Below are positions 62,188 to 64,000 of a DNA stretch of 64,000 nucleotides, piece by piece. The notes below the pieces were generated by a model. It was given only the letters and a program-made list of their open reading frames with translations, made no database searches and was not told the DNA's origin. The translations under genes and the position numbers were made by a program. The number at the start of each line of letters is the position of its first letter. Positions within the stretch are counted from its first letter, which is position 1. Source of the stretch: Camelus dromedarius. Its lineage: Eukaryota. The stretch covers positions 868,001 through 932,000 of the forward strand of contig NC_087453.1 of NCBI RefSeq assembly GCF_036321535.1. Reading direction: 5' to 3'.

Positions 62188-63639
62188 TAAGAAAGGACAC
62201 ATTAAAGGTTGTGAGGTTGATGCCTCCCCTGGATGTCTGCTCGTTCCCACGGCGACCAGTGCTCCTCACAGCGTGTGCATGTGTGAGCATCACAATGGCT
62301 TGCTGAGGAGCTGTGTCACTGGAGCTTGGACACAGGGCGCCCGGTGCTTCAAGTGGGCCTTCATGAGGGTGGGGTTAGTCTTCATGGTGGGAGGAGAGGG
62401 ATTGGAGTGGGGGCTTTGGCTCCCATTTTCTTTTTGGCGGAGGAGTTTGTGGGTCCTGCTGTTGACACTGTAAGTCCTCATTGATTAGGGGCCCCTTCCT
62501 GGGCAGCCCACAGACTGGTTCTTTTTAGTATGTTTTCTAGATGTTCCAGGTCCTGATTGTTTTCTATTTCTGCTAAGTGCTGATGTTTTACCTTTTTTAT
62601 ACACCTGTCCCATGATACCAGGTGACTTCCATTTGGCCCTTGGGGAGCCAAGATTGAATGTTTACAGGCCAGCTCCCTGTTGTCCTTGAGTCTGCGCTGT
62701 TGGCACCATGTCCGATAGAGACCTGATTTCTTGTATACCTGGTGGACTCAGAAAGTACATTAAGGAAAATTTCCTGAAACAGAATCTCCTTTTTGCGTTC
62801 CTTGTGTAAACGGTGGAGCCCCTCCCAGTGGATATCTGACACTGCCCTCTTTATGGCCAGCACCGAGGGATGTGCGTGAGTTCCTTTCCAGAGGTTCTGT
62901 GATTAACAGTGACTTGAGGGGAGGTCACACACTGCCTGCATGGAGCGCACGTGGTCTGAGTGCCCGCACCCCCTTGCTTAGGCCTCACTCCGTTTTCTGA
63001 GCAGTGCAGCTGGCCCTTGAACGGCATGGCTTTGAGCTGCCCGGGCCCACTTACACAGGGCCCTGTTCAGGAGTAAACACTGCAGTGCTGCACAGGCCAC
63101 AGCGTGCAGAGCCCGGGTGTGAGGTGTGTGCAGGCTTTCCACCGGGCAGGCTTGAAGCCTAACTCCTGTGTGTCTCAAGGGTCAGCTCCGATTCTGAGGG
63201 TAAGTGATACGAAGTTGAATGGATGATGATCCTGTTTTTGCAGCAGTCCCTGTAAACCTGTTCAGTCAGCAGTGGGATTGTCAAGTTTGTCATTTGTAAA
63301 GCAGATGCTTGAGTATCAAACTTTGCTGCTGTGGTTTTGCTTTTCTTATGCTAATACAGACTCTTAATGTGGTATTTAGTAAACCTTTACAAGAAGGTAA
63401 AAGAGGTTCCCCCCCAATACAAAGATTACTGTGTTTGTTTTGCAAAGATAAATATATATGTAGAAAATCAAGACAATGTAAAAATATAAAGAAGGAAGCA
63501 GAAACCCCAGAAACGGCACTGTGTGGAAGCCCAACGTTAGAGCTGTTGTCCTGTTTGTGAGCCTGGTTGCATGTGTGGGGCAGAGGGTGTTAGGAGGTGG
63601 GGCCACTGTGCACGGCTGACTTGTCTCCCCGCTCCCATG

Positions 63640-64000
63640 TGAGACTCTTTCAGAGGGTGGAGCTTGTCACCCCCTAGTTACATCCTTAAATGATTTCATC
63701 GTATGGATGTTTCTTGACTATTGTTTCAACCCAGTCCCTCGGTGATGAACATTGGTTTGTGTCCGTTAGTTTAAAAAAAAAAAAAAAGCCTGCTGGGAGC
63801 ACCCTTATAAATGCACTTGCACTTTCCCAGTTACCTCCAGGGTCAAGATGAAGCAGCCCCACCTGGCTGGGGACAGAGATACTGCCTGCTCTGTACCGAC
63901 GTAAAGGGCTCTTGGTAAATGTTTGCAGTCTCTCCTATGGGGTCCTGTTTCCCCAACTGGTCATGTCTGACATTGCCACTCTGTCAAGTGACGTGTGCCG
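63640..64000 (-). mobile_element. Old L1 (L1ME/MC-like) fragment
   Basis: ccctcggtgatgaacattggtttgtgtcc...gatactgcctgctctg...cctgtttccccaactgg. Confidence 0.5.

Noticed and set aside
63223-63320. C/D-box snoRNA (ATGATGA box C in a DIDO1 intron)
   Set aside because: No CTGA box D at a suitable distance and no terminal stem.
60700-64000. DIDO1 coding exons
   Set aside because: No DIDO1-like peptide is visible; the region reads as intron with old L1 fragments.

Overview
GC-rich mammalian (eukaryotic) genomic DNA. It is probably camelid, because it carries two tRNA-Ala-derived SINEs of the Vic-1 type. It is orthologous to human 20q13.33 in inverted orientation. Two complete protein-coding genes can be built from the sequence with canonical GT-AG junctions and continuous frames. 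SLC17A9 (VNUT, vesicular nucleotide transporter) is on the minus strand: 13 exons, CDS 38030 to 23684, 436 aa. GID8 (TWA1, CTLH E3 ligase subunit) is on the minus strand: 4 coding exons, CDS 47709 to 44956, 228 aa. GID8 shares a bidirectional CpG-island promoter (~50.0-51.3 kb) with a plus-strand gene that, by synteny, is DIDO1. DIDO1 has a second CpG-island promoter at ~59.8-60.7 kb, and its coding exons lie beyond the window. The first ~22 kb is non-coding. It holds several AT-rich, homeobox-motif-dense islands (candidate enhancers, perhaps for BHLHE23 expected just outside the left edge), a 1.1 kb modular C-rich minisatellite, and old L1/L2/MIR/MaLR/MER20 fragments. No prokaryote-type system, CRISPR array or intact RNA gene was found. 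The best oddities are small: a TSD-flanked tailless 5'-half tRNA-Gln retrocopy, mirror-image YY1/splice-donor 14-mers in the shared promoter, a possible non-AUG N-terminal extension of VNUT, a perfect DR5 element, and a MER41-like solo LTR next to the DIDO1 promoter. Human comparisons and repeat family names are recalled from memory, not database results.
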